Of a DNA stretch of 64,000 nt, positions 1 through 9,957 are shown piece after piece. Under the pieces are notes generated by a model. That model was not told where the DNA came from. It saw only the letters and a program-made list of their open reading frames with translations, and did not search any database. Positions within the stretch are counted from its first letter, which is position 1; every line of letters starts with the position of its first letter. Source of the stretch: a virus; the IMG/VR virus record IMGVR_UViG_3300036398_002324; one strand, given 5' to 3'. The position numbers and the translations under genes are program-made.

Positions 1-161
1 ATAATTGAATTAGGAAAATTCAGAATTCTTTCAATCAAAGAATTGCTAATGTATTCTCCGATATATGGAGGTATTGGTAAAATGACTTCAAATCTGTTTG
101 TCCTTGCAAGACCTTCTTTTGCATTGACGTTAGATAAAAATGCGTTAGGTGAAAATGACAT
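1..161 (-). CDS. Baseplate-tail tube junction protein (gp54/gp19-family), 5' part; truncated by the window edge
   Basis: Manual translation from ATG at 161 (TAATG overlap with the gp2 stop): MSFSPNAFLSNVNAKEGLARTNRFEVILPIPP. ARxNxFEV resembles the gp19/gp54 N-terminus (compare GARPNLFEV in gp19 at 49563). Confidence 0.6.
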   Translation of the reverse strand, partial: MSFSPNAFLSNVNAKEGLARTNRFEVILPIPPYIGEYISNSLIERILNFPNSI

Positions 162-745
162 TAAAATTGTTCCTTTGATTCCATCCAGACTTTATTTTTT
201 CGTTCTTTAGCAAACTGTTCGACTGGCAATAACGCTGCAATATCCCATTCATCTGCTGTAATTTCCAAAAACCTAGACTTCACATGCATAAACAAATATT
301 TTTTCATACATGGCTTTGCTTCAAAAATTCTTGATGCAGCCCTTAGATATTCGTAGCTTATCTTTAACTTAGTTGTCTCATCATACTCATGATTGTTCAT
401 AATTGTACTGAGTTTATCCAGCAAAGTTATTCTATATTTTGGACTAATGTAATGTAAGTTAATTCCAAGAAATCCGTCAGGATATCTTTTAATTGGTATG
501 ACAAGAGGAAATTTGTCATAATAGGGTAATTCGTCTTTTAGTTTAGGATCGTAGAAGTAGAAGTACATTCTTCCAATCAGAGACTTCTCACGAACTCTCA
601 TTCTATCCCGCATGAGGTCTTTACGAGAAACACGCAAATTTATCATCTTTGCCTTCAACCATTGACGGGCAATTCTTGTGCGTGGTTCCAGACCCTCTTT
701 TGCTAGAGATTCTTTAATTCTGTCTATTAGTCTTTTGGCCATCAA
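161..745 (-). CDS. gp2: DNA end protector protein
   Basis: Motifs GRMYFYFYDPKLKDELPYYDKFPLVI and GFLGINLHY, typical of T4 gp2; adjacent to gp4. Confidence 0.9.
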   Translation of the reverse strand: MMAKRLIDRIKESLAKEGLEPRTRIARQWLKAKMINLRVSRKDLMRDRMRVREKSLIGRMYFYFYDPKLKDELPYYDKFPLVIPIKRYPDGFLGINLHYISPKYRITLLDKLSTIMNNHEYDETTKLKISYEYLRAASRIFEAKPCMKKYLFMHVKSRFLEITADEWDIAALLPVEQFAKERKNKVWMESKEQF

Positions 746-746
746 C

Positions 747-753
747 TATTTAG
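747..753 (-). promoter_or_regulatory. Putative T4-type late promoter (CTAAATA) for gp2
   Basis: tatttag on + is CTAAATA on -, directly upstream of the gp2 start. Confidence 0.5.
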
Positions 754-754
754 T

Positions 755-1186
755 CTAAATTCCTAAGTCTTTTTCTGTGAGAATTTGGAATTTCCAACCA
801 CGTTCGTGACAAAATTCGTCGGCAGCTTTCCACTTTTGTTGATTAACAATGTAAGTGTACGATTCTTGTATGTACCTTTTTGTTTTTCTTTGTTGCTTTG
901 GCGGCTGTGTTTGGCACTCCGGCTTGACTTCAATGATATAAGTCATTACGGTATTGTCTTTTCTTTTGACTTTTGCTATGAAATCCGGAAAGTATCTATG
1001 CATTTTTTTGTCTACGGGATTATAATATGGTATGGGAAGTTCTTCTGAACCCCACCAAATGACTGCCGGATTGTTGTCTAAATATTTCATAACACGCACC
1101 TCCCATGATGAACGATATATGATATTCGTTGCATCTCCCTTGTATTTTTCTGGATGTTTGGGTGTGAATTTACCTTTGTATGACAT
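755..1186 (-). CDS. gp4: Head completion protein (TnsA-like PD-(D/E)xK fold)
   Basis: MSYKGKFTPKHPEKYKGD..IIYRSSWE, HRYFPDF, IEVKP, KWKAA..C...GWKF.ILTE: the T4 gp4 pattern. Confidence 0.92.
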   Translation of the reverse strand: MSYKGKFTPKHPEKYKGDATNIIYRSSWEVRVMKYLDNNPAVIWWGSEELPIPYYNPVDKKMHRYFPDFIAKVKRKDNTVMTYIIEVKPECQTQPPKQQRKTKRYIQESYTYIVNQQKWKAADEFCHERGWKFQILTEKDLGI

Positions 1187-1191
1187 AAATA
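1185..1191 (+). promoter_or_regulatory. Putative late promoter (ATAAATA) for the gp48 operon
   Basis: ATAAATA overlaps the gp4 start codon, ~28 nt before the gp48 ATG, in a divergent intergenic region. Confidence 0.55.
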
Positions 1192-1218
1192 TATCTAGTC
1201 AACTTACTAGGAAACTCC

Positions 1219-2544
1219 ATGGCCTTTTTCGGTTTAACAGACATAAAATTTAATGATATTGGAAGAAGAGGTCCACTCAATGCTTTAGAGAGCAGTGAGA
1301 AATTCACCAGTAGCATACTAAGATATCCTGAAGATGTCGCTTCAGCTCCAGACAGATATCATTACATGATGTTTTTTGTTCGTGAACAAGTAAATACTAG
1401 ATTTTCAGCAGAAGCTAGAGGCTTTGGACAATCGTTCTCAGCAACAGACGAAAAAGGTGTTTTTGATAGTTTCAATGCACAAGTAAAAGGAGATGGATTA
1501 GTTTCATCTTCTGCTGAATCGGGCTTATCTGGTTTACTCAACAATGCAATCGGCAGTGCGTTATCAAAAGGAGCCAATCTTCTTAGTGGAAAAGGTGGTG
1601 CAACTGGCAAAGTTGGCTCAGCTATCAGTAGTTTTGTGAGTGGTCCACCAAAAGCAACACCCGAACCAAAAAATAATTCAGCGATTCAAGAATCAGTTAA
1701 AGAAATTACAGATAAAAGTGCATTTGGCTTTTTGAATAAAACACGATTGACAAAAGATGCAATCGCTTTGTATATGCCGGACACAATTAATTTTGATTCC
1801 ACTGCAAGTTACTCTGATTTAAGACCGGGTGAAGAAAAACTCGGTCAGTTTTTAGCAGCGGCTCCTGAACTTATTGAAGCGTATAGAAAAGGTGGTGCAG
1901 TTGCTCTTGGAAAAACAGCTTTAAAATCTGGTGTCGCACAGTTGGCGGCACAAGAAATAGCAACAACTGCTGCTGGTCAAACTGGAAGATTAGGCGTTTA
2001 CGCAACAACCGGCAAAGTTACAAATCCAATGATTGAGTTGATATACGGTTCTCCCGACTTGAGAACGTTTCAATTTGAATTTATGTTTTATCCTAGAAGT
2101 GAAAAAGAAGCTTATGAAGTTCAACGAATCATAGACCGCTTTAGATTTCATCAAGCACCCGAATTGGATAAATTTGAAAGTGGTAGACAAACTGGTATGT
2201 TAATACCACCGTCAGAATTTGATATTAAATTTTATTATGCGGGTAAACAAAATCCAAACATTCCTCCTATCTCTTCATGTGTATTGACAAGTGTTCAAGT
2301 CAACTTTGCACCAAGAGGATGGAGTGCATACGAATCTTTAGGAGAAAACACTCCTGCTTTAGGTAGAACTGGTATGCCAACAGCAATTCAAATGTCATTA
2401 CAGTTTAGAGAAACAACATACATCACTAAAGAAGATTTTAGTGACCAAAGTGCAAGTAAAGTTACACAAAGTCAAGCAGCACAGTCTGGAGGACAATCAG
2501 GAACTTATCTGGGTCGTCAAGCTGCTTTTGGAAAAATAGCATAA
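1219..2544 (+). CDS. gp48: Baseplate tail tube cap
   Basis: LRYP, IALYMP, NPMIELIYGSPDLRTFQFEFMFYPRSEKEA and MSLQFRE motifs; precedes gp53. Confidence 0.85.
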   Translation: MAFFGLTDIKFNDIGRRGPLNALESSEKFTSSILRYPEDVASAPDRYHYMMFFVREQVNTRFSAEARGFGQSFSATDEKGVFDSFNAQVKGDGLVSSSAESGLSGLLNNAIGSALSKGANLLSGKGGATGKVGSAISSFVSGPPKATPEPKNNSAIQESVKEITDKSAFGFLNKTRLTKDAIALYMPDTINFDSTASYSDLRPGEEKLGQFLAAAPELIEAYRKGGAVALGKTALKSGVAQLAAQEIATTAAGQTGRLGVYATTGKVTNPMIELIYGSPDLRTFQFEFMFYPRSEKEAYEVQRIIDRFRFHQAPELDKFESGRQTGMLIPPSEFDIKFYYAGKQNPNIPPISSCVLTSVQVNFAPRGWSAYESLGENTPALGRTGMPTAIQMSLQFRETTYITKEDFSDQSASKVTQSQAAQSGGQSGTYLGRQAAFGKIA

Positions 2545-2548
2545 AAAA

Positions 2549-3220
2549 ATGGCAGATTATTTTAACAATTTTCCACTCACATTCTATTCGTCTGGTGCAA
2601 ATAATGTTACGAGTGTTGATACTGTAACTAATATTATTGCACGTTTTGGATTTGAAGAAACATTAAAAGAAAATTCTTCAGCATTTTATCCGTATACAAT
2701 TAAAGACTCTGATACGCCGGAAATCATAGCTGCAAAAATATATAATAATCCGGAAAGACATTGGGTTGTTTTAATGTTTAATGATATTATGGATCCACAA
2801 TATGACTGGCCTTTATCTTATGAAGCTTTCAATGATTTTGTAGACAAAAAATATTCTGGTCCATCATATGCAAACACTACCACTTCCGGTGCCGGACTTT
2901 CGTGGGCAAAAAATACAGCAAATGTTCAAGCTTACTATAAGATAGTAACAAGAACAGCAGTTAAAAAAACTCCAGAAAACAAATTAATTACAGAGAAAAT
3001 TCAACTTGATGCAAATACTTACGCAAATGTAGTCGCTTCAACTGCAACGTACACTTTATCTAATGGTGAGGCAATTACAGAAAGTATTACAAAAGAGACA
3101 AAAACATACTATCAATATGAGGATGAACTCAACGACAGTAAAAGAAAAATTAAAATATTAAAACCTGAATTTTTAACAACTGTAATGAGAGAATTTAAAG
3201 AAGTCATTAATCCATCATGA
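2549..3220 (+). CDS. gp53: Baseplate wedge protein (LysM-like)
   Basis: YFNNFP, YTIKDSDTPEIIAAKIY..PERHWVVLMFNDIMDPQYDWPLS, YEDELNDSKRKIKILKP. Confidence 0.88.
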   Translation: MADYFNNFPLTFYSSGANNVTSVDTVTNIIARFGFEETLKENSSAFYPYTIKDSDTPEIIAAKIYNNPERHWVVLMFNDIMDPQYDWPLSYEAFNDFVDKKYSGPSYANTTTSGAGLSWAKNTANVQAYYKIVTRTAVKKTPENKLITEKIQLDANTYANVVASTATYTLSNGEAITESITKETKTYYQYEDELNDSKRKIKILKPEFLTTVMREFKEVINPS

Positions 3221-4572
3221 ACTTAATTGAACCAACACAGTATCGAATTGAAGAGATGTTTATTATCACCAAAGGTGGACCAATAAGCATAGAAAATATG
3301 TTCGAGGAACTAAATCTTTTTGATTCTTTATTTCTTCCTGTAATTTCGGGAAATATTCTTATTGTTGATACCAAACAAATGATAAAGAAACTGGTTTTTG
3401 ATGGAACTGAGGTAATTGGAATGACATTAACAAAAGGCATAGGTTCAAGTTTTGCGTCATTCAAAAAGTCCTATAGAATTTATAATCTTTCAGACAGACG
3501 AAATAGAAATCAAACAACTGAAACGTATATTCTACATTTTGTTTCAGATGAATTTATTTTATCCGAACAGAAAAAAGTTGATAAAAGTTATCAAACCACT
3601 TATTCCGATGTGGTCGATAAAATTATGACACACTATTTAAAAGTGCCTAAAACCAGTAGAGGTGGATTTCAATCTTCTTATGGCATTAGAAAAATAGTTA
3701 TACCCAATTTACCAGCTTTAGATGCTATTGAGTGGTGTACAAAAAGAGCTTTGAGTATAAACAACTCTCCAGAATATCTTTTTTTCTGTAATGCTGAAGG
3801 ATTCAATTTTCTTCCGTTATCAACACTTTTAACCAAAAATTCAATTCTAAACATTAGCTTTACGCCAAAAAATCTCGGTGAAGGAGATGAGTTTTATGAG
3901 CTAAGTCGTGCTAGAAGTTTTGAAGTATTATCTCAATATGATTTGATAGATAAGATACAAAGCGGCGTAAATGCAAATAAATTATTGGCGTTTGACCCTA
4001 TCACAAAATCATTTGGTACTCAAGAAATTTCTCTGGAAGAGATTTATAAGTTAGTTGAACACGCAAATAAAAATGCAATCGATGCGGTAATACACAATCG
4101 AGATAACGAAACGACAACCCACAATTCTTATGATTCAAAACAAGCATTAAGTGTATACAATCAAATTCGTGGTAAAAGTAGTTACGTAAAAGAGAATGAC
4201 CCAACTTCGATTTCCAAGAATGAACCCTATGAGTTATTTGTAACTCAAAGAAAAGCTATAATGAGTAACTTGATGACAAAAAGATTAAAAATTACCATGC
4301 CTGGAAATTTTCAATTAACATCAGGCAAAAATGTGAATTTTGATACTTCTGGATTTGGAACACACTCAAAAGGAAAAGAGGGTGAGCAAGATGATTCGAT
4401 TAGTGGTAAATATATTATAACGGGAACAAGACACATTATCAGTTCAACAAGACATATTACAGTTATGGAAGTGGCAACAGATTCTACGAATCAAAAACCT
4501 CAAGTTAATACTCCAGAACAAACTAAAGTTGCAACAGATTATTCAAAAATTTTTGCGACATATACTGGATAA
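3217..4572 (+). CDS. Baseplate hub protein (gp27-like)
   Basis: Lies between gp53 and gp5; C-terminal ITMPGNFQLTSG...SGKYIITGTRHII pattern of hub/gpD-like proteins. Confidence 0.6.
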   Translation: MNLIEPTQYRIEEMFIITKGGPISIENMFEELNLFDSLFLPVISGNILIVDTKQMIKKLVFDGTEVIGMTLTKGIGSSFASFKKSYRIYNLSDRRNRNQTTETYILHFVSDEFILSEQKKVDKSYQTTYSDVVDKIMTHYLKVPKTSRGGFQSSYGIRKIVIPNLPALDAIEWCTKRALSINNSPEYLFFCNAEGFNFLPLSTLLTKNSILNISFTPKNLGEGDEFYELSRARSFEVLSQYDLIDKIQSGVNANKLLAFDPITKSFGTQEISLEEIYKLVEHANKNAIDAVIHNRDNETTTHNSYDSKQALSVYNQIRGKSSYVKENDPTSISKNEPYELFVTQRKAIMSNLMTKRLKITMPGNFQLTSGKNVNFDTSGFGTHSKGKEGEQDDSISGKYIITGTRHIISSTRHITVMEVATDSTNQKPQVNTPEQTKVATDYSKIFATYTG

Positions 4573-4575
4573 AAA

Positions 4576-5436
4576 ATGAATTCGCCACAAAAAGATTTTG
4601 CTGGAAAAAATGGTTTTATTTGGTGGGTAGGTTATGTTGAAGACCGAAAAGATCCTTTAAAATTGGGGCGATGTCGTGTTCGTTGCATAGGTTGGCATAG
4701 CACAAACAAACTTCAGTTACCAACAAACTCTTTGCCATGGGCTGTTCCAAATATACCAGTAAATACTCCAATTGTTTATACACCACGTGAAGGTGATATG
4801 GTATTTGGTTTTTTTCTTGACGGGGAAAATGCACAAGAGCCTGTGATGTTAGGAAGTTTTCCTGGTATACCTTTAAACGCAGCTAAACCCCAAGAAGCAT
4901 TTAATGATGCAAGAACGCCTGCTGAGTTGGCATCTGCACCAGTTAAGCCAACGGAAAATGCAATCAATTATCCAAGAAAACTGGATGAACCATCAACATC
5001 AAGGCTTGCCAGAAACGATGCTAAGTATCCTTCAGAAATTGTAACCGCAAAGAAAAATAAAAGAGCAAATAAAGTTGAACCAGCTTCTTACTATAAAGCA
5101 CAGTATCCATATAATAATGTATATGAATCAGAATCTGGTCATGCATTAGAGTTTGATGATACAAAAGATGCTGAACGTGTACACATCTATCATCGTTCTG
5201 GTTCATACACAGAATGGGGTCCTGATGGCTCACGTTCAGAAAGAATACAGAAAGATAAATTTGAAGTTGTAGTTGGCAACGAACAAGTCTATGTAAAAGG
5301 TAACGTTACTGTGTATGTTGATGGTAATGTAAATTTACAAATTGGCGGTAATTTTCAAGCAGATGTTGACGGCACTTGTAAAATTACATCAGGAGGTAAC
5401 ATGACATTGAAAGCACCACGTATTGATTTGAACTAA
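4576..5436 (+). CDS. gp5: Baseplate central spike (OB-fold plus beta-helix, no lysozyme domain)
   Basis: WWVGYVEDRKDPLKLGRCRVRCIGWH, VFGFFLDGENAQEP, YPYNNVYESESGHALEFDDT..ER, and VxGN repeats. Confidence 0.9.
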   Translation: MNSPQKDFAGKNGFIWWVGYVEDRKDPLKLGRCRVRCIGWHSTNKLQLPTNSLPWAVPNIPVNTPIVYTPREGDMVFGFFLDGENAQEPVMLGSFPGIPLNAAKPQEAFNDARTPAELASAPVKPTENAINYPRKLDEPSTSRLARNDAKYPSEIVTAKKNKRANKVEPASYYKAQYPYNNVYESESGHALEFDDTKDAERVHIYHRSGSYTEWGPDGSRSERIQKDKFEVVVGNEQVYVKGNVTVYVDGNVNLQIGGNFQADVDGTCKITSGGNMTLKAPRIDLN

Positions 5437-5437
5437 C

Positions 5438-5644
5438 ATGGCACACGAATTTATTATACTTGTAAATGGTAAGTTAAAAACTTATAGAAAGTATGAAGAC
5501 ATACCAAAAAAATTGGACAATGTTATTAAGTTTAATCCACATATACCTAAGCCGCCCCACACACAGAGTCAGCATGAAGAAATTGAACAGTGGAATGATA
5601 AATTAAAAGAACTATTGACAAGAGAAACAAATGGCAAGCATTAG
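5438..5644 (+). CDS. Hypothetical protein in baseplate cluster
   Basis: 68-aa ORF tightly packed between gp5 and the next gene, same strand. Confidence 0.65.
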   Translation: MAHEFIILVNGKLKTYRKYEDIPKKLDNVIKFNPHIPKPPHTQSQHEEIEQWNDKLKELLTRETNGKH

Positions 5645-6191
5645 CCCTAGTTCCGAAATTTCTTCGGTTGTCAGAGGAAAACAGTTTACGAGAACAATAT
5701 CTGCAACGCCATCTGTTGGAGAAACAATTGTTTCCGTTACAGCTACTTTAAATGATGAAGAAGAAACAGGAATTTCTATAACTCCGGGAACTTCTCAAGT
5801 TACAATATCAGGAAAATATTTAACAGGATTTATAGATTCTGCTTCATACGTTTCAAAAGGAAGTAGTGACCAATTAGAAACACCGACAGTGGTTTCTAAT
5901 TTATCAGATATACCCGAAGGAAAAGAGTTATTTAAGTACGAACAAGACCCAATTAGTAGTATTACAAAAGATTACACTGTAATTGTTTCTCTGCAAGGAG
6001 GAAGCTCTTCAGAGTATTCTTTAACACATGAAGTAAAAAATGATATTTCAACAGGAACAAATTTTGTGTATACTTATTTTGATGCAACAAGAAGTCCATT
6101 AGAATTTCCAATTGTTTGGAATAACAATCTTGGAAACAATTTGGACTGGTTGAATTCTGCTGGCGCTAGTGTAGAATGGAGTGGTGAATGA
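5631..6191 (+). CDS. Hypothetical Ser/Thr-rich virion protein with Trp/Asn C-terminal motif
   Basis: 186-aa ORF overlapping both neighbours; ends WNNNLGNNLDWLNSAGASVEW. Confidence 0.65.
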   Translation: MASISPSSEISSVVRGKQFTRTISATPSVGETIVSVTATLNDEEETGISITPGTSQVTISGKYLTGFIDSASYVSKGSSDQLETPTVVSNLSDIPEGKELFKYEQDPISSITKDYTVIVSLQGGSSSEYSLTHEVKNDISTGTNFVYTYFDATRSPLEFPIVWNNNLGNNLDWLNSAGASVEWSGE

Positions 6192-7156
6192 CAATACCAA
6201 ATACATTTGCTGATAGAAGTCAAGCTATACCTCTGGAAGACTTGGATGAAAATTTTAGTTATTTTGAAATAAGAGAAAATGGTATCGCAATTGCCGCTAA
6301 CACACCGACATATGTTGCAAACTCCGGATTTATTCAAGCAAATTCTTCTTATGACCACGCAAATGCAGCGTTCGATCATGCAAACTCTGGATTTATTCAA
6401 GCCAATGCTGCATTTATTCGTGCGAATAATTCATTAAACGCCAATAGTGGTGGTAGAGTTACGGCAAATGTTGTTGTCAATGCAAATTTACAAGTAGCAA
6501 ACGTACATACTAATACATACATTAGTTTTTCAAATACATCGTTAGTGTCTTATAACAATTCGGGCATTGCAAATGGAGAGATAGAATTTTTTAATAACAG
6601 TTTATTTGGAACAGTGGACACAACCCAAGGAAGAGGTTTTATTCCTGTTGTACAATATAGATATCTAAGTTCAAATTCTGCTTATAACATTAGCACAGCA
6701 CAGTTGCCATTTATGGGCAACGCAAACGGTGCGATATTGACTACGGACAGTGCATATGAAGTTGAATGGAATTTATATTTTTTAAAGTCTACTGCCGGAA
6801 CAGTTACATTTAGCATTCGAACAAGAGACCCAGTTGGTGGTGGCGCAGTTAATCCTCAATTAATTAACGCAAATTATCAGGGTAATAGAATTGATGTTAC
6901 TTCAACTTCACTGTTTATGAACGCCGCCGGACGTATAGTTAGTACAGCAGATCCTACTGCATTACCAGCAACTGTATCTTTAACTGGTGGAGCACAATAT
7001 TATTTTACGGTGAAGGCTTTTATAATTACAAATGCTGCTACTGTTGGAAACTGTTATTTGGGAATCGCTACAAGTGCTGGACTTGTAACGCCTAACGTTG
7101 GAAGTTACATGAAAGTCACAAAACTGCCGTCACCAAACACAGGCTTATGGTCTTAA
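6188..7156 (+). CDS. Short fibre-like virion protein with ANxAF heptad repeats
   Basis: N-terminal IPLEDLDENF anchor-like motif, HANSGFIQANAAF heptads and a beta-rich C-terminus; ATGA overlap. Confidence 0.65.
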   Translation: MTIPNTFADRSQAIPLEDLDENFSYFEIRENGIAIAANTPTYVANSGFIQANSSYDHANAAFDHANSGFIQANAAFIRANNSLNANSGGRVTANVVVNANLQVANVHTNTYISFSNTSLVSYNNSGIANGEIEFFNNSLFGTVDTTQGRGFIPVVQYRYLSSNSAYNISTAQLPFMGNANGAILTTDSAYEVEWNLYFLKSTAGTVTFSIRTRDPVGGGAVNPQLINANYQGNRIDVTSTSLFMNAAGRIVSTADPTALPATVSLTGGAQYYFTVKAFIITNAATVGNCYLGIATSAGLVTPNVGSYMKVTKLPSPNTGLWS

Positions 7157-7172
7157 TTTTATAGGAAATAAT

Positions 7173-7463
7173 ATGCCAGCAGCTACAAGAGTAGGAGATT
7201 TAGATGTTACCCATTGCTCACCGTCAGTAAGGGCAGTCGGCTCAGGTAATGTATTCGTTAATGGCATTCCATGGAGTTGTCAATCACATGTAAATACTGT
7301 TCATCTTTTGCCTGGGTCTCCGTGTCCAGCACATTCTGCACCAATATCATCTGGTTCGTCAACAGTAAAAATAAATGGATTAGGAGCGGGTCGTGTTGGT
7401 GATGCTATTTCTGGATGTACTTCAGTAGCACAAGGTTCTTTTAATGTATTTGCTGGAGGTTGA
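7173..7463 (+). CDS. PAAR spike-tip protein (gp5.4-like)
   Basis: MPAATRVGD, GSGNVFVNG, GSSTVKINGLGAGRVGD, GSFNVFAGG; His/Cys metal ligands. Confidence 0.92.
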   Translation: MPAATRVGDLDVTHCSPSVRAVGSGNVFVNGIPWSCQSHVNTVHLLPGSPCPAHSAPISSGSSTVKINGLGAGRVGDAISGCTSVAQGSFNVFAGG

Positions 7464-7470
7464 ATAAATA
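7464..7470 (+). promoter_or_regulatory. Putative late promoter (ATAAATA)
   Basis: Intergenic, directly upstream of gp25. Confidence 0.55.
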
Positions 7471-7474
7471 AGCA

Positions 7475-7897
7475 ATGGCAACGACAATAACATCAAATAA
7501 TCCAAGAATATCATCAGAAAGAGGATATAAAGACTTGGATTTAAACTTTAATATACATCCTGTCAAAAAAGATATTACTAAGCATGTTAATGAATATGCA
7601 GTTATAAATTCAGTCAAAAACTTAGTTTCTTTGAATTTTTTTGAGAAACCATTTAGACCAGAAATAGGAAGTGGTTTACGTTCGTTGTTATTTGAAAATA
7701 TTGATACGATTTTATCATCCAGAATTGAGAGAGCAATAGAAGAAGTTATATTGAATTATGAACCCAGAGTGAGCGTTTCTAGTGTAAATGCAACAGCGTA
7801 TCCAGACGAAAATCGATATAATGTAACGATGACTTTTTTCATAATCAATAATCCAAATCCAATTACAATTGATTTCTTCTTAGAGAGAATTAGATAA
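7475..7897 (+). CDS. gp25: Baseplate wedge subunit
   Basis: YKDLDLNF..HPV, SVKNLV...FFEKPFRPEIGS, YEPRV. Confidence 0.92.
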   Translation: MATTITSNNPRISSERGYKDLDLNFNIHPVKKDITKHVNEYAVINSVKNLVSLNFFEKPFRPEIGSGLRSLLFENIDTILSSRIERAIEEVILNYEPRVSVSSVNATAYPDENRYNVTMTFFIINNPNPITIDFFLERIR

Positions 7898-7899
7898 AA

Positions 7900-9957
7900 A
7901 TGGCAGACCGTCTAAGAGTAACAGAGCTTGATTTTGATACAATCAAGCAAAATTTAAAAACATTTTTAAATCAGCAGTCTGAGTTTACTGACTATGATTT
8001 TGAGGGTTCTGGCTTGAACATTCTATTAGATGTTCTTGCGTATAATACACACTATCAAGCTTACTATCTAAACATGGTAGCAAATGAATCATTTTTAGAT
8101 ACAGCACTTCTTCGTGATTCTGTTATTTCACAAGCAAAAGTTTTAGGATATGTTCCATATTCACGTAAAGCACCAAGGGCGATAATAAATTTCACAGCAA
8201 ACACCAGTTCAAATGCAGTAGCTACTTTAACTATTCCTAAAGGTTATAGATTTTTATCGGAGCAGGTAGATGGCGTAAGCTATGGTTTTGTCACACTTAC
8301 AGAAACAAAAGTCACTAAAGCAAATAATGACTTTACTTTCCTCAATTTACCTATTTACGAAGGCCAGTTGGTAACATATAGTTATACGCATAATGAATCA
8401 ACAAATCCTAAACAAGTGTACACACTTCCTGATACTGAAATCGACACGACAACAATTTCAGTAACAGTTCAACCATCTCCTTCAAATACTGATATAACAG
8501 TTTATAGCTTGGCAACAGATTCGAGTAATACAACAACTAAATCCGAAGTTTTTTATTTACAAGAAGGAAAATCTCAGCAATATGACATTTATTTTGGAAA
8601 TAATGTTATAGGTAAAAAATTACCAGATGGTGCTATTGTCACTGTACAATATGTTGTAACAAATGGAGAAGCTGCAAATAAAGCCAATAATTTTGTTGCG
8701 ACTGAAACTTTAGTAGATTCTTTAGGTAATACACAAACGGATTTTATTATTAATCCTATTAATTCTGCATCCGGTGGAGCTGAAAGAGAATCGGTTGATA
8801 ATATTAAATTTGCTGCTCCTCTTTTGTATACTACACAAAATCGCTTAATAACTTTTTCTGATTATGAAGCTTATATTTCTAAAAATTATCCTGCCGTGGA
8901 TTCTGTTTCTGTGTGGGGTGGGGAAGATGAAAGTCCACCAAAATTTGGAGTTGTCTATATTGCGTTAAAACCAAAAGATGGATATTTCTTATCAGATAAC
9001 GAAAAACAAAGAATAATTGATGAGATTATTAAACCAAAAGCAATCGTGGCAATACAAACAGTTATTCGTGAGCCTGAATATTTGTATTTAAAAGTTTTAT
9101 CAAATGTTAGATATTCGGCTAAAAAAACGACCTTAACTGAAGACCAATTAAAAACTTTAATTAGAAATTCTATTTTAACTTATAAAACCACAAACTTGGA
9201 TAAGTTTGGAGCGCAGTTTATTTTATCAAGGGTACAAGATACTATAGATAAAGTTGATACGAATTCAATTATTGGTTCTAGCGTTTCTGTACTTTTACAG
9301 AAAAGATTTACACCTTCATTAAATAAATCAACTCCATATGTAATTGATTTTAGTGTTCCCCTACGCAGAGGAACTATTGGCAATAAATTAACCTCAACGT
9401 ATTTTACTGTTGTTGATTCTCAAGGTATAGATAGATCGGTTCAGTTTGATGAAATACCACAATCATTTTCAGGCGTTTCAACTATACAAGTAACAAATCC
9501 TGGCTCAGGATTTACTTCATCTCCAACCATTACTATCGTTGGAGATGGAGCTGGAGCAACTGCTGCCGCTACCATAGTTAATGGTCAAATTCAAAACATT
9601 GAAGTTATAAATCGTGGTATCGATTACACTCGTGCTACAGTTTCTATTTCTGGCGGTGGTGGTTATGGGGCCGCAGCCGTTGCATCAGTCGATGGTAGAG
9701 TAGGAACTATTAGAACAGTTTACTATGATAATTTTGCACAGAGACAAATAGTGGATGAAAATGCTGGTGAAATTGACTATAATTCTGGAAAAATTACCAT
9801 ATCAAATATTTTAATTAAAGATGTCGAATCGGCAGATAATGAAATTCGTGTTACAATTGAGTCAGAAAAAGACATTATAAATTCTGTTAAAAATACAATT
9901 ATTTCAATAGATGAAAACGATCCATCATCAATTAGTACAACACTAGAGACTGTATAA
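7900..9957 (+). CDS. gp6: Baseplate wedge subunit
   Basis: LDFDTIKQNLKTFL..QSEFTDYDFEGSGLNILLDVLAYNTHY, NESFLDTA..R.SV, VWGGEDESPP. Confidence 0.93.
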   Translation: MADRLRVTELDFDTIKQNLKTFLNQQSEFTDYDFEGSGLNILLDVLAYNTHYQAYYLNMVANESFLDTALLRDSVISQAKVLGYVPYSRKAPRAIINFTANTSSNAVATLTIPKGYRFLSEQVDGVSYGFVTLTETKVTKANNDFTFLNLPIYEGQLVTYSYTHNESTNPKQVYTLPDTEIDTTTISVTVQPSPSNTDITVYSLATDSSNTTTKSEVFYLQEGKSQQYDIYFGNNVIGKKLPDGAIVTVQYVVTNGEAANKANNFVATETLVDSLGNTQTDFIINPINSASGGAERESVDNIKFAAPLLYTTQNRLITFSDYEAYISKNYPAVDSVSVWGGEDESPPKFGVVYIALKPKDGYFLSDNEKQRIIDEIIKPKAIVAIQTVIREPEYLYLKVLSNVRYSAKKTTLTEDQLKTLIRNSILTYKTTNLDKFGAQFILSRVQDTIDKVDTNSIIGSSVSVLLQKRFTPSLNKSTPYVIDFSVPLRRGTIGNKLTSTYFTVVDSQGIDRSVQFDEIPQSFSGVSTIQVTNPGSGFTSSPTITIVGDGAGATAAATIVNGQIQNIEVINRGIDYTRATVSISGGGGYGAAAVASVDGRVGTIRTVYYDNFAQRQIVDENAGEIDYNSGKITISNILIKDVESADNEIRVTIESEKDIINSVKNTIISIDENDPSSISTTLETV

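Noticed and set aside
755-1186. TnsA-like transposase or homing endonuclease
   Set aside because: The motifs and the position next to gp2 identify the ordinary head completion protein gp4.
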